A DNA stretch of 64,000 bases from Ranitomeya imitator (Eukaryota). The position numbers and the translations under genes were made by a program. Positions 1-10,165 of this stretch are shown one piece after another (the first letter of the stretch is position 1; each line of letters opens with the position of its first letter). Below the pieces are notes generated by a model. The model had not been told where the DNA came from and did no database searches. It saw only the letters and a list, made by a program, of their open reading frames with translations. The stretch is from assembly GCF_032444005.1 (NCBI RefSeq), contig NC_091286.1:487630001-487694000 (forward strand), in the 5' to 3' direction.

Positions 1-162
1 TACCTTGCGCAGGCGTGTACTATGGAGGACAGAGATTGAACTTCAATCCAATATTGCAGCCAGCATGCAGCCAGCGGGTAAGGAACGGGTGAATTAAACA
101 CCCAAAAACCCCGCCTCCATGGCTGAAGATTGTTCCCTCCAAATTCAAGTGACAGTGTCCCT
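1..162. mobile_element. End of a TTAA-flanked MITE (T2/Kolobok-like), truncated by the window start
   Basis: Ends ...GACAGTGTCCCT followed by TTAA (163-166). It is the near reverse complement of 58214-58370, which begins TTAA|AGGGACTCTGTCAC. Confidence 0.6.
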
Positions 163-539
163 TTAAATTGAAGCATGAAAGTTGTTTCAAGCCCTCTTTA
201 TTGTTTGCCCGTCAGCAGTCATGCAATAATAAGCAGAACTTTATCCAGAGACAGTCGAGTACCTGAATCAATATAAACAATGTCATTCAGAAGTTGATTT
301 AAAAATAACTCCAAAGCTAAATGATGTTATACAGCTTTAACCCCTCCCTGACATGCGCCATACTAGTACTGCTCTGCGAGAAGATCGGCGATCTTGTGCG
401 GGTGTCAGCTGTATGTGACAGCTTACACCCTGCAGCAATGCCTGTCAGTAGTGACAGAGGCATGGAGAAGCATCGCACACAGGGAGGGGACTCCCTGAGT
501 GCTTCCCTCAGAACAACATAATACAATCGTGTTGTTCTG

Positions 540-1543
540 AGGTTCTTCTTGCAGACCCCCGGCTCCAAGATGGCCGCAGGGTCCTTCCAGGTCCTGCAGG
601 GAGGTGGCTGCTCAGCACCTGCTGAGAACAGGAGCTTCACTGGTTGTCAGATTGCTGATCTGATACACTGGGACATTGTAAAAAAATATATTAGCAAATG
701 TAAAAATATTTTTTTCCTAACTTCTAAATAAATAAATATTTTCCCAATAAATGTATTTATTAATGTAAATTAAAAAACAGTAACAGTGCACATATTTGAT
801 ATCGTCGCGTCCGGAACAACCCGCTCTATAAAACTGTCCCACTAGATGAACCAATCAGTGAACACCGTAAAAACATAAATAAAAAACTAAGCAAAAAACA
901 ATGCTTTATCATCATACTGACAAACAAAAAGTGCAATAAAACGTGATCAGAAAGACGGATGTAAATAAAAATGGTACAGCTGAAAACATACTCTTGTCCC
1001 GCAAAAAAACAAGCCACAATACAGCTCCATCAGCAGAAAAATAAAAAAGTTATAGCTCTCAGAATGAAGCAATGCAAAAATAATTATTTTTTCTATAAAA
1101 TAATTTTTGTTGTGTAAAAGCATCAAAACGTAAAAAAAATATAAATGTGGTATCGCTGTAATCGTATTGAAGAATAGAGCTGCCTTACTAATTTTACCAC
1201 ATGTGGAACGGTATATAAATACAAAACAAAAAGTAATTCTTGAGTTCCTGGTTTTTGTTAATTATGTCCCCCAAAAATCGTAATAGAAAGCGATCAAAAA
1301 AATGTCATGTGCCCGAAAATGGTACTAATAAAAACGTCAGCTTGTCCCGCAAAAAACAAGACCTCACCTGACTCTGTTGACCGAAATATGAAAAAATTAT
1401 AGCTCTCAAAATATACAAAAACTAGTTTTTGCTATAAAAATTGTTTTTTAATGTGTGTCAGCTGCCAAACATAAAAACCCAATATAAATCTGGTATCACT
1501 GTAATCGCACCGACCCGAAGAATAAAGTCGCCTAGTCACTTAT
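540..1543. repeat. Non-autonomous DNA-transposon-derived interspersed repeat hosting the LTR insertion; continues at 7519-~7610
   Basis: AT-rich motif blocks recur internally (GTAATCG...AATA, TTATAGCTCTCA, GTCCCGCAAAAAA) and resemble 33900-34660 and 40162-41270. The sequence reads through after removing the LTR element. Confidence 0.5.
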
Positions 1544-2448
1544 TGTTAGGGTTGGCGGAACGCACCAAATATATAATTTATTAAATAGAATTGGTGCGTT
1601 CGCAACCCGGGATCCACCGTGCAGGAAAGCACCTGCTGCTAAATAATGGCGGCTCTATATGGCGGTATATACCAACCCTGTTAGCTTCACAGAGTAACCG
1701 CGAGAGGAAAGCTCTGTGCCCTGTTAGACTTTCACAGAGGCACAGGCCAACTACCCAGATGTGAGCAGTGAGTGGTCATGCATGCATACAAAACTCCTCG
1801 CCGGAAATGCCAGCATTCTAGGGGCTTATTTCAGCCGGGTCCCTGAACACACTTAAACACAATCTCCTCGCCGGAGGTGCCAGCATTCTAGGGGCTTATT
1901 TCAGCCGGGTCCCTGAACACATTCAAACACATGACCACATTGGCGCAAAGCATATAGCATAAGACGATACTAGCGCATGGCCGTGCGGTCATGCGCAGTT
2001 TATATAGTTGCAGCACAGGAAGCTGCTACTGAAGTTTTTGCCCTCTCAGGACCTTCCAGAAGGACCAATGGAAAGTGCTGCAGTACCTGAGCATGTTTTG
2101 CCCTTTCAGGACCTTCCAGAAGGACCAATGGAATGTACTGCAGCACCTGAGCATGTGACCGAACATGTGGCCCTCGACCTCCAATGGGAGACCCTGCCCT
2201 GGGCATGCTCAGTGTGAGTAAACAAGGACTTAGTCCCAGAGAGGCTCGCTCGCCGCAGATCAGTGCAGGGTACCATAGGAAAGCCAGAAAAGGCAGTAGT
2301 GACCCTATGCACCGAATCAGCGCCAGCGAGACGCTGGGAGCGACGTCGCCGCTGAGCAGAGCCCACTGCGGCCGATACCGAATGGGAGACCGCAGCAGAC
2401 ACGGATCGAGATTCCCCCTGTGCAGCAGAGGAAACTCGACTCCTAACA
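1544..2448 (-). repeat. 3' LTR of element 1
   Basis: Direct repeat of 6614-7518 with about 13 substitutions by manual count. TATATAAA on the minus strand at 2006-1999. Confidence 0.95.
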
Positions 2449-2451
2449 TTA

Positions 2452-2463
2452 CCCCCCCCTCCT
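2452..2463 (-). promoter_or_regulatory. Polypurine tract (plus-strand primer)
   Basis: Minus strand AGGAGGGGGGGG lies 3 nt from the TG of the 3' LTR. Confidence 0.85.
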
Positions 2464-5400
2464 AGGGCCCCCCCCCTCCTTGAGCCTCACTACGCTCAAA
2501 AGCTGCGATAAGCAGCGGAGCCCGAATGTGCTCCACAGGCTCCCAGGTTCTATCCTCTGGGCCGTGACCCTTCCAGTCCACCAGATAAAATTTCTTGCCA
2601 CGTACCACCTTGCACCCCACAATAGCATTCACCTCAAACTCATCCGTGGATGAACCCGATGTCTCAGCAGATGACTCAGAAAACCGGGACAAATGAACGG
2701 GCTTTAAGAGGGAAACGTGGAAAGTATCGGTGATACCAAGGCGTGGAGGAATAGCCAAACGGTAGACCACAGGGTTGACCTGTTCCAGAACCTTAAACGG
2801 GCCAATGTAGTGAGGAGCAAACTTAGTGGACTCAACTCGCAGCCTGATGTTACGGGCGGAGAGACACACTAAGTCGCCAGGAGCAAAGACCGGAGCGGGG
2901 CGCCGGTGTGTATCAGCCGAAACCCTCATTCTCTCCTTGGAGGCCCGGATGGCATCCTGTGTGCGGTCCCAGATGTCACGTGCCTCCACCGCCCAGTCTG
3001 CCACCCTAGAATCGGTGGATGACACGGGCATGGGCACAGGGACACGCGGATGCTGGCCGTAATTAAGGAGAAAAGGAGTTTGACCAGTGGAATCGGCTAC
3101 GGCGTTGTTCAGGGCAAATTCCGCCCAAGGTAGCAAAGATGCCCAGTCATCCTGCCTAGCAGAGACGAAATGTCGCAAATATGTCACCAGAGTCTGGTTG
3201 GTTCTCTCCACCAACCCATTCGTCTCGGGATGGTATGTAGAGGAGAGGTTTAACTCTATGCTGAGTAAACGGCAGAGCTCTCTCCAAAACCGAGATGCGA
3301 ACTGGGGACCCCGATTGCTGACAATCTTATCAGGCATACCATGCAAACGGAAAACGTGTTTAATGAACAACACCGCCAAGGCCCGTGCTGAGGGTAACCG
3401 AGGAAGCGGCACCAAATGCACCATCTTGGAGAAATGGTCGGTGACAACCCAAATAATGGAGCAGCCACGCGACTTGGGTAGACCCACCACAAAGTCCATC
3501 CCGACCATCTCCCAGGGCCTGTCTGCCACCGGTAGAGGGTAAAGCAACCCAGCAGGCCGTTGCCGAGGAGACCGATTCTGGGCGCAAGAAACGCACTCCT
3601 GAATATAGTCCTTGACATCTCGGGCCATATGCGGCCACCAGTATGTTCTCGCCAGAAGCTCAGATGTCCTCTTGGTCCCAAAATGCCCACCCACTCTGGA
3701 GGAGTGAGCCCAAGAGAGAACCTCCGGTCGCAAGTTAGCTGGTACGAAAGTCTTGCCCGGGGGCACAGACTCTAGTGAAACCGGAGCTACAGTTCTCAGG
3801 CTCTCAGAAGGGACAATAAGCCGAGGCTCCTCCTCCTCCGATGACACCACGGAGCGGGAGAGAGTGTCGGCACGAACGTTCTTCTCCCCGGAGAGGAAAT
3901 GGAGTGTAAAATGGAACCGGGAGAAGAACAGGGACCATCTAGCCTGGCGAGAATTCAGCCGCTGGGCCGTTTGCAGATACACCAAGTTCTTGTGGTCTGT
4001 GAAGACTTGGAAGGGAAAGCGAGCTCCCTCCAAGAGATGTCTCCACTCCAAAAAGGCCAACTTCATGGCCAGCAACTCCCTGTCCCCGATGGAATAATTC
4101 CTCTCCGCTGGTGTGAAGGTCTTGGAGAAGAAGAAGAAGCAAGGATGCTTCCGACCTTGAGCATCCTTTTGGAAAAGGACTGCTCCAGCATCAACGGATG
4201 AGGCATCCACCTCCAAGATAAATGGCTTATCAACATCGGGGCGATGTAGGATGGGAGCGCTAGCGAAGTGTGACTTGATCGAGAGAAAGACTTTGGAGAC
4301 CTCCTCTGACCACAACTTGGGATTTGCTCCCTTCTTGGTGAGGGCAACCAAGGGAGCTACCAAAGTTGAGAAGTGTGGAATGAACTGGCGATAGTAATTA
4401 ATGAACCCCATAAAGCGCTGCACCGCTTTAAGAGAATGGGGTTCCTGCCAGTCCATTACAGCCTGTAGCTTGGCAGGATCCATAGCCAAACCCTGGGCAG
4501 AGATGATATATCCAAGGAAAGGCAAGGACTCCTGCTCAAACACTCACTTCTCCAACTTGGCGTAGAGGGAGTTTGCCCGTAAGAGGTTGAAGACTTTGCG
4601 AACATCTCTCCGATGGGAGTCAATATCTGGAGAGAAGATGAGAATATCATCCAGATAGACTACGACCGAGGTGGTGAGCATATCCCGGAAGATGTCGTTC
4701 ACAAAGTCTTGGAAAACGGCTGGGGCATTACAGAGCCCGAAGGGCATCACCAGATATTCATAGTGCCCATCCCTGGTGTTAAAAGCCGTCTTCCATTCAT
4801 CCCCCTCACGGATGCGAATCAGGTTGTAAGCACCCCGCAGATCTAACTTTGTAAATACCCTCGCTCCCCGTAGCCTATCAAACAGCTCAGATATCAGGGG
4901 TAGTGGGAACTTGTTCTTAACGGTGATGGCGTTAAGACCCCTGTAGTCTATGCATGGACGTAAGTCTCCAGTCTTCTTCTGTACGAAGAAGAACCCTGCC
5001 CCTGCCGGTGACACTGACTTCCTAATGAATCCTCTTGCCAGATTCTCCTGGATGTACTGGGACATTGCCTCCGTCTCCGGGAGAGATAACGGATAGACTC
5101 GACCCCGGGGAGGCTCAGCACCAGGCAAGAGGTCAATAGGACAGTCATAGGGGCGGTGAGGCGGAAGGGTCTCCGCAGCTCTTTTGGAGAACACGTCTGC
5201 ATAGGGCCAATAGTGCTTGGGGAAAGAGGAAAGATCTGCGGGTACCTGTGTAGTAGCAACCTGAACGCACTCCCTCAGACATCTACCCTCGCAAGATTTA
5301 CTCCAACCCAAAATTCTCCCAGATGACCACTCAATATGAGGAGAATGGTAGCGAAGCCATGGTATCCCCAACAGGACCTCATCAATTCCCTCAGGAATGA

Positions 5401-5782
5401 CTAATAGGGAGATTATCTCCTGATGTGATGGAGACACAGATAGCGTGAAAGGAATGGTTTGGTGGGTAATCTGTGAAGGTAGTGTTGACCCATTTACCAC
5501 TCGAACGGTTACCGGCTTGGCGAGCATCACCAAGGGTATTGCGTGACGCTGGGCAAAAGCGGAAGACATAAAGTTACCCTCTGCCCCAGAATCCACGCAT
5601 AGCTCGACCATAAGAGTGGATGGGCCTATGGTAATTGTCCCCTTGAAGGACAACTTTGAGGCAAACGTCGCCGTGTCTAGTGTACCTCCTCCAACTGCCA
5701 CTAGACGCTGACGTTTCCCCAACCGCTGAGGACCCTTGGAGGTGTCCTGACTGCTGGCAAACATGACGGACCTTAGGTGCAC
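2462..5782 (-). pseudogene. pol: pol (aspartic protease, RT, RNase H, integrase, chromodomain) with a nonsense codon at 4544-4546
   Basis: Motifs: VDSGA (PR), YLDD (RT), EVDAS/TDHKNL (RH), H..H..CxxC and MDF (IN), GPF, and YLVDWKGHGPEDRTWEP (chromodomain). ORFs 4544-5782 and 2462-4543 are in one frame, split by TGA where element 3 has TGT. The integrase reads VSNRG instead of VSDRG. Confidence 0.95.
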
Positions 5783-6584
5783 GGGCAGACTGAGACTTGG
5801 ATCCCGCTCGTGTCACCTCTAAGGCCTCATGTGACTCGGATGCCTGGACTGGAGATTCCAAAGGTTTGGCGAAGGTGGGAGCCAGCCGAAACCTCTGCCT
5901 ACACTGGGCTCGCTCCAACCTCCGCTCGTTAAAACGGAGGTCAATACGAGTAGATACGGCAATGAGCTCCTCCAGTGTGGCGGGAATCTCCCTAGTGGCC
6001 AAAGCGTCCTTCACATGGTCAGCCAGCCCCCTCCAAAATACGGGAATGAGGGTTTTTTCTGGCCATTCCAACTCAGACGCTAATGTCCGGAAGTGAACAG
6101 CAAAATGGCTGACCATGGTTGAACCCTGAGTCAAAGCCAGCAGTTGGAGCGCTGTATCATGGGTGACTTGAGGTCCTAAAAAGACCTGTTTCAGAGTGTC
6201 CAGAAACCTAGGAACACTCTGCACCACATGATCGTTGCGCTCCCACAGCGGTGTAGCCCACTCCAACGCTCTGTCCGACAAGAGGGAGATTATGAATCCC
6301 ACCTTTGCCCGCTCAGTAGGGAAACGTGCAGCCAGGAGCTCGAGGTGTATACCACATTGGCTCACGAAACCACTACAGGACTTACTGTCCCCAGAGTATC
6401 TCTCAGGCAAAGGAAGGTGAGATAGGGTCGGAACAGAGGTGGCAGTGGGTAAAGCTGCTGCAGCCACGCTAGCAGCCTGAACAGCTATTGCGGTAACATC
6501 CACCGCCGAGGTTGCACGCTCAAGAGACGCCAACCGGCCCTCCAGCAGCTGGATGTACCCCTGCAATCGCTGTTCATCCGCCAT
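5574..6584 (-). pseudogene. gag: gag (sushi/PEG10-RTL-like capsid) with broken CCHC knuckle; residues past ~5770 are out of frame
   Basis: LPLPERYSGD..C.GF..QC, LLSDRALEWA and QG..VS.FA..F..LA..L.W are retrotransposon-gag motifs. [12 protein letters not shown] is a degenerate CCHC. Confidence 0.9.
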
Positions 6585-6601
6585 TACTTAGCCAGATCCT
6601 G

Positions 6602-6611
6602 GCGCTAGTAT
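6602..6611 (-). promoter_or_regulatory. Self-priming primer-binding site (ATACTAGCGC)
   Basis: Lies 2 nt inside the 5' LTR and lacks the TGG needed for tRNA-CCA pairing. It is the exact complement of GCGCTAGTAT at 7046-7037. Confidence 0.8.
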
Positions 6612-6613
6612 AC

Positions 6614-7518
6614 TGTTAGGGTTGGCGGAACGCACCAAATATATAATTTATTAAATGGAATTGGTGCGTTCGCAACCCGGGATCCACCGTGCAGGAAAGC
6701 ACCTGCTGCTAAATAATGGCGGCTCTATATGGCGGTATATACCAACCCTGTTAGCTTCACAGAGTAACCGCGAGAGGAAAGCTCTGTGCCCTGTTAGACT
6801 TTCACAGAGGCACAGGCCAACTACCCAGATGTGAGCAGTGAGTGGTCATGCATGCATACAAAACTCCTCGCCGGAGATGCCAGCATTCTAGGGGCTTATT
6901 TCAGCCGGGTCCCTGAATACACTTAAACACAATCTCCTCGCCGGAGGTGCCAGCATTCTAGGGGCTTATTTCAGCCGGTTCCCTGAACACATTCAAACAC
7001 ATGACCACATTGGCGCAAAGCATATAGCATAAGACGATACTAGCGCATGGCTGTGCCGTCATGCGCAGTTTATATAGTTGCAGCACAGGAAGCTGCTACT
7101 GAAGTTTTTGCCCTCTCAGGACCTTCCAGAAGGACCAATGGAAAGTGCTGCAGTACCTGAGCATGTTTTGCCCTTTCAGGACCTTCCAGAAGGACCAATG
7201 GAATGTACTGCAGCACCTGAGCATGTGACCGAACATGTGGCCCTCGACCTCCAATGGGAGACCCTGCCCTGGGCATGCTCAGTGTGAGTAAACAAGGACT
7301 TAGTCCCAGAGAGGCTCGCTCGACGCAGATCAGTGCAGGGTACCATAGGAAAGCCAGAAAAGGCAGTAGTGACCCTATGCACCGAATCAGCCCCAGTGAG
7401 ACGCTGGGAGCGACGTCTCCACTGAGCAGAGCCCACTGCGGCCGATACCGAATGGGAGGCTGCAGCAGACACGGATCGAGATTCCCCCTGTGCAGCAGAG
7501 GAAACTCGACTCCTAACA
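6614..7518 (-). repeat. 5' LTR of element 1
   Basis: TG..CA ends. TATATAAA at 7076-7069; predicted TSS at 7046. Confidence 0.95.
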
Positions 7519-8020
7519 CTTATACCACCCAAGGAACGGTGTAAAAAATAAATAAAACAAATTATTCACATGCTGTTGATTTTTTCATTCTGCCTCCCAA
7601 AGATCGCAGTAAGGCTTGGTGCACATTTATCGTGCGCTCTACGCTGGACGCTTGTACCGGGGTTTCCATGTAAATCTCTGAAATATGTGATTCAAACAGA
7701 ACTCCCAGTGGAAAATTCCCTAAAATGAGGCAGATGGAGTCACTGTGGACGCCATATGACCCGTGATCCAAGGTGTCGGTCTTTTTAGGATTGCACAGTT
7801 TTGTGCACCGCTGAACAGTGTCCAGATGGAGTCAATGGTAAATCTGCTGCCTCATTATAGTGAATAGGAAAATTCCAATATGCATTATTGGTGGTACATG
7901 TAATCAACCCAATAAAGAAACCATATGGCAACATATATCAATATATCCATATACCACCCATGCATGGACATAAGGATAACTGCAAAACATAAATTAAATA
8001 AGAAGGAGGAAATACCACGC

Positions 8021-8981
8021 TGTTAGGGACTGGCGGAACGCACCAAGTACAAGATGAAATGGAACTAGGTGCGTTCGCAGTCCGAGGTCCACCGTGCAGG
8101 AAAAACCCTGCTGCTAGTAAGACGGACTATATGGCGGTACTACAAGTATACACGCACGGGTTAACTACACCCTGCGTGAAGGAAGCGATCCTGTTGCGTC
8201 ACAGGACCGCGGTACCGCACATAGAGCGCGAGCAAGGAGTCAGCGAACTCAAGCCCAACTAGGATTGAAGTTCGATTAGACACTTGCTGGCACAACACCG
8301 CAACTGGGTGTGTAAGGAAACTAAAAAATAATATTAAGGCACAAGAGTGCATGTGGTGCCGCACAGACGAACGCCACTAACCACCCAGGCTTGGGTCAGG
8401 AAAGCGCCGTACAGGCGGACACAGCAACTGGTAGCTGTAATGTGTGTTACGTGCTGTTGGATAAGTCGGGCGCTAGATAGCAAACATACACCTTCCGCGA
8501 ACAGACATTCAATAGGGAGGGTTATTTAAAGAGCGACTTTCACTTACAACACACACACATATTTACAAGACAATACTAGCGCATGGCCGTGCGGTCATGC
8601 GCAGCTTATATAGCTGCAGCACAGGAAACAGCTACAGAAGTTTTGCCCTTTCAGGACCTGCCAAAAGGACCAATGGGATGTGCTGCAGAACCTCAGCATG
8701 TGACCCTCGATCTCCAACAGGAGATCTTGCCCTGGGCATGCTCAGTGTGTGCAAATAAGGACTTAGATCCAGAAACGTCCACTCGCCGCTGCCCAGCACT
8801 GGCTTTAATGGCAGAAGCAGGAAAAGCAGCAGTAACTCTTCGCACAGAGTCAGACTCAGCGAGACGCTGGGATCGACATCCCTGCTGAGCAGACTCCACT
8901 GCGGCTGGAGGAGAATGGGAAACCGCAGCGGAGACGGATCGAGATTCCCCCTGTGCAGCAGAGGAAACTCGACTCCTAACA
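8021..8981 (-). mobile_element. Solo LTR, same family
   Basis: TGTTAGG..CCTAACA termini with TSD CACGC (8016-8020, 8982-8986). TATA and GCGCTAGTATT motif conserved. Confidence 0.93.
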
Positions 8982-8986
8982 CACGC

Positions 8987-10140
8987 AGTCGTAGAATCCA
9001 AAATGAGTAATACTTTATTCCTAATAGACACAATCAAAAACACAATGAAAACCAGACAAACATTGTTCAACAGGGCTAAAAGATGACAATGAATGCCACT
9101 AGCAACATGTAAGAGCCCAAGGTATGGCAATCCCTAATTACAATTAATATTAAACTCATAGGTGATTTGTAAAGTGCAGCGTGCAAAAGCTAGCAGCAGT
9201 TCAAGCCACCGGTCGCAAACAATGCAACCAATGTCACTATCTTTGTCATAAGAGAATGGATGCCTGCCTGCGCGCATTATCCACCTCGCCTCTCTTTGCA
9301 ACAGGAGGCGATGCAGAGCTCCCCCTTGTCTCGGTAGGGAGACTTTTTCTAATCCAGCAAAACATAGACCTTGGATATTACTGTCATGTTGTTCTCTTAC
9401 TTGGTTTATTAGCCTGGGGACCCCCTTACCAGTATGGATGGAGGTAATCTGCTCCCTCACTCTTGTGAACAGGGGCCGGATCGTCTTACCTTGCTGGATT
9501 AGAAAAAGTCTCCCTACCGAGACAAGGGGGAGATCTGCATTGCCTCCTGTTGCAAAGAGAGGCGAGGTGGATAATGCGCGCAGGCGCATTGGGACCTCTT
9601 GGTCTCAATGAAAAGATGGACATGTCGGTATTTCTTTGAGAAAAAATATTAGTATTTTGGAGTTCCTGTTTATTGCGGTGCTTATTTGTAATGTTTTTAA
9701 TTGTATGTGTTATTGATTTTCACTTTTATTCTGAAAAAGTGGTGTTGCATCCACTGTGACGTTTTGGAATTGGGAGGAGTTACAGGAATTGCACAGGTAA
9801 AAGAACCCTCCTTGTTTCCTGTTAACGTCAGGACCCGTTGAAGTGCCGTCTGCACAAAACGGCCATCATCCGTTTGTTTCCACTTTCCTCCCTACTGAGT
9901 TTTTGTATGTCCGAATAAAGGAATGATGATTTTACTCCAGTGAGTGCGCTCCACTTTCTTACTATTGCTTGCTATATGTACTTGTTTTTTGGGAGCAGCA
10001 CCTAAGGTGTTTATGGGGCTATAGTATTACAGCTAAAAACAGCTTAGAGGGATTAGAGATAATTGAGTCTAACTAATTGCAGCAGTGCGGAAGTGTTTTT
10101 CTTTCTTTTTCGGTTCTTACGAGTATATACTTCATCACTT
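8987..10140. mobile_element. Penelope-like element (PLE) fragment: GIY-YIG endonuclease C-terminus with inverted duplication and 3' tails
   Basis: Minus strand reads GKTIRPLFTRVREQI..H..GLEKV...GG..LLQREARWI. Plus strand from 9491 reads AGLEKV...QREARWIMRAGALGPLGLNEKMDMSVFL*, a typical PLE C-terminus. AATAAA tails are present. Confidence 0.8.
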
Positions 10141-10165
10141 CTAGAATGAAAATCCAAAATACATC

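Larger units (their letters stand above)
1544..7518 (-). mobile_element. Full-length Ty3/gypsy chromovirus (Tf1/sushi group) LTR retrotransposon, disabled
   Basis: Two 905-bp TG..CA LTRs (1544-2448, 6614-7518) and a 5-bp TSD CTTAT (1539-1543, 7519-7523). Internal order is gag-PR-RT-RH-IN-chromodomain, with a PPT next to the 3' LTR. Confidence 0.97.

Noticed and set aside
2000-2465. Short ORFs repeated at 2000-2465, 7070-7544, 8583-9033, 25410-25843 and 59650-60095
   Set aside because: They lie inside LTRs and recur only because the LTR is repeated. They show no domain and their frames are not conserved between subfamilies.
5712-5720. Functional GGGAAAC -1 frameshift site
   Set aside because: The heptamer is not in X XXY YYZ phase in the restored frame, and the other copies are in-frame fusions.
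6602-6613. tRNA primer-binding site
   Set aside because: It lacks the TGG complement of CCA, and self-complementarity to the predicted transcript 5' end explains it better.
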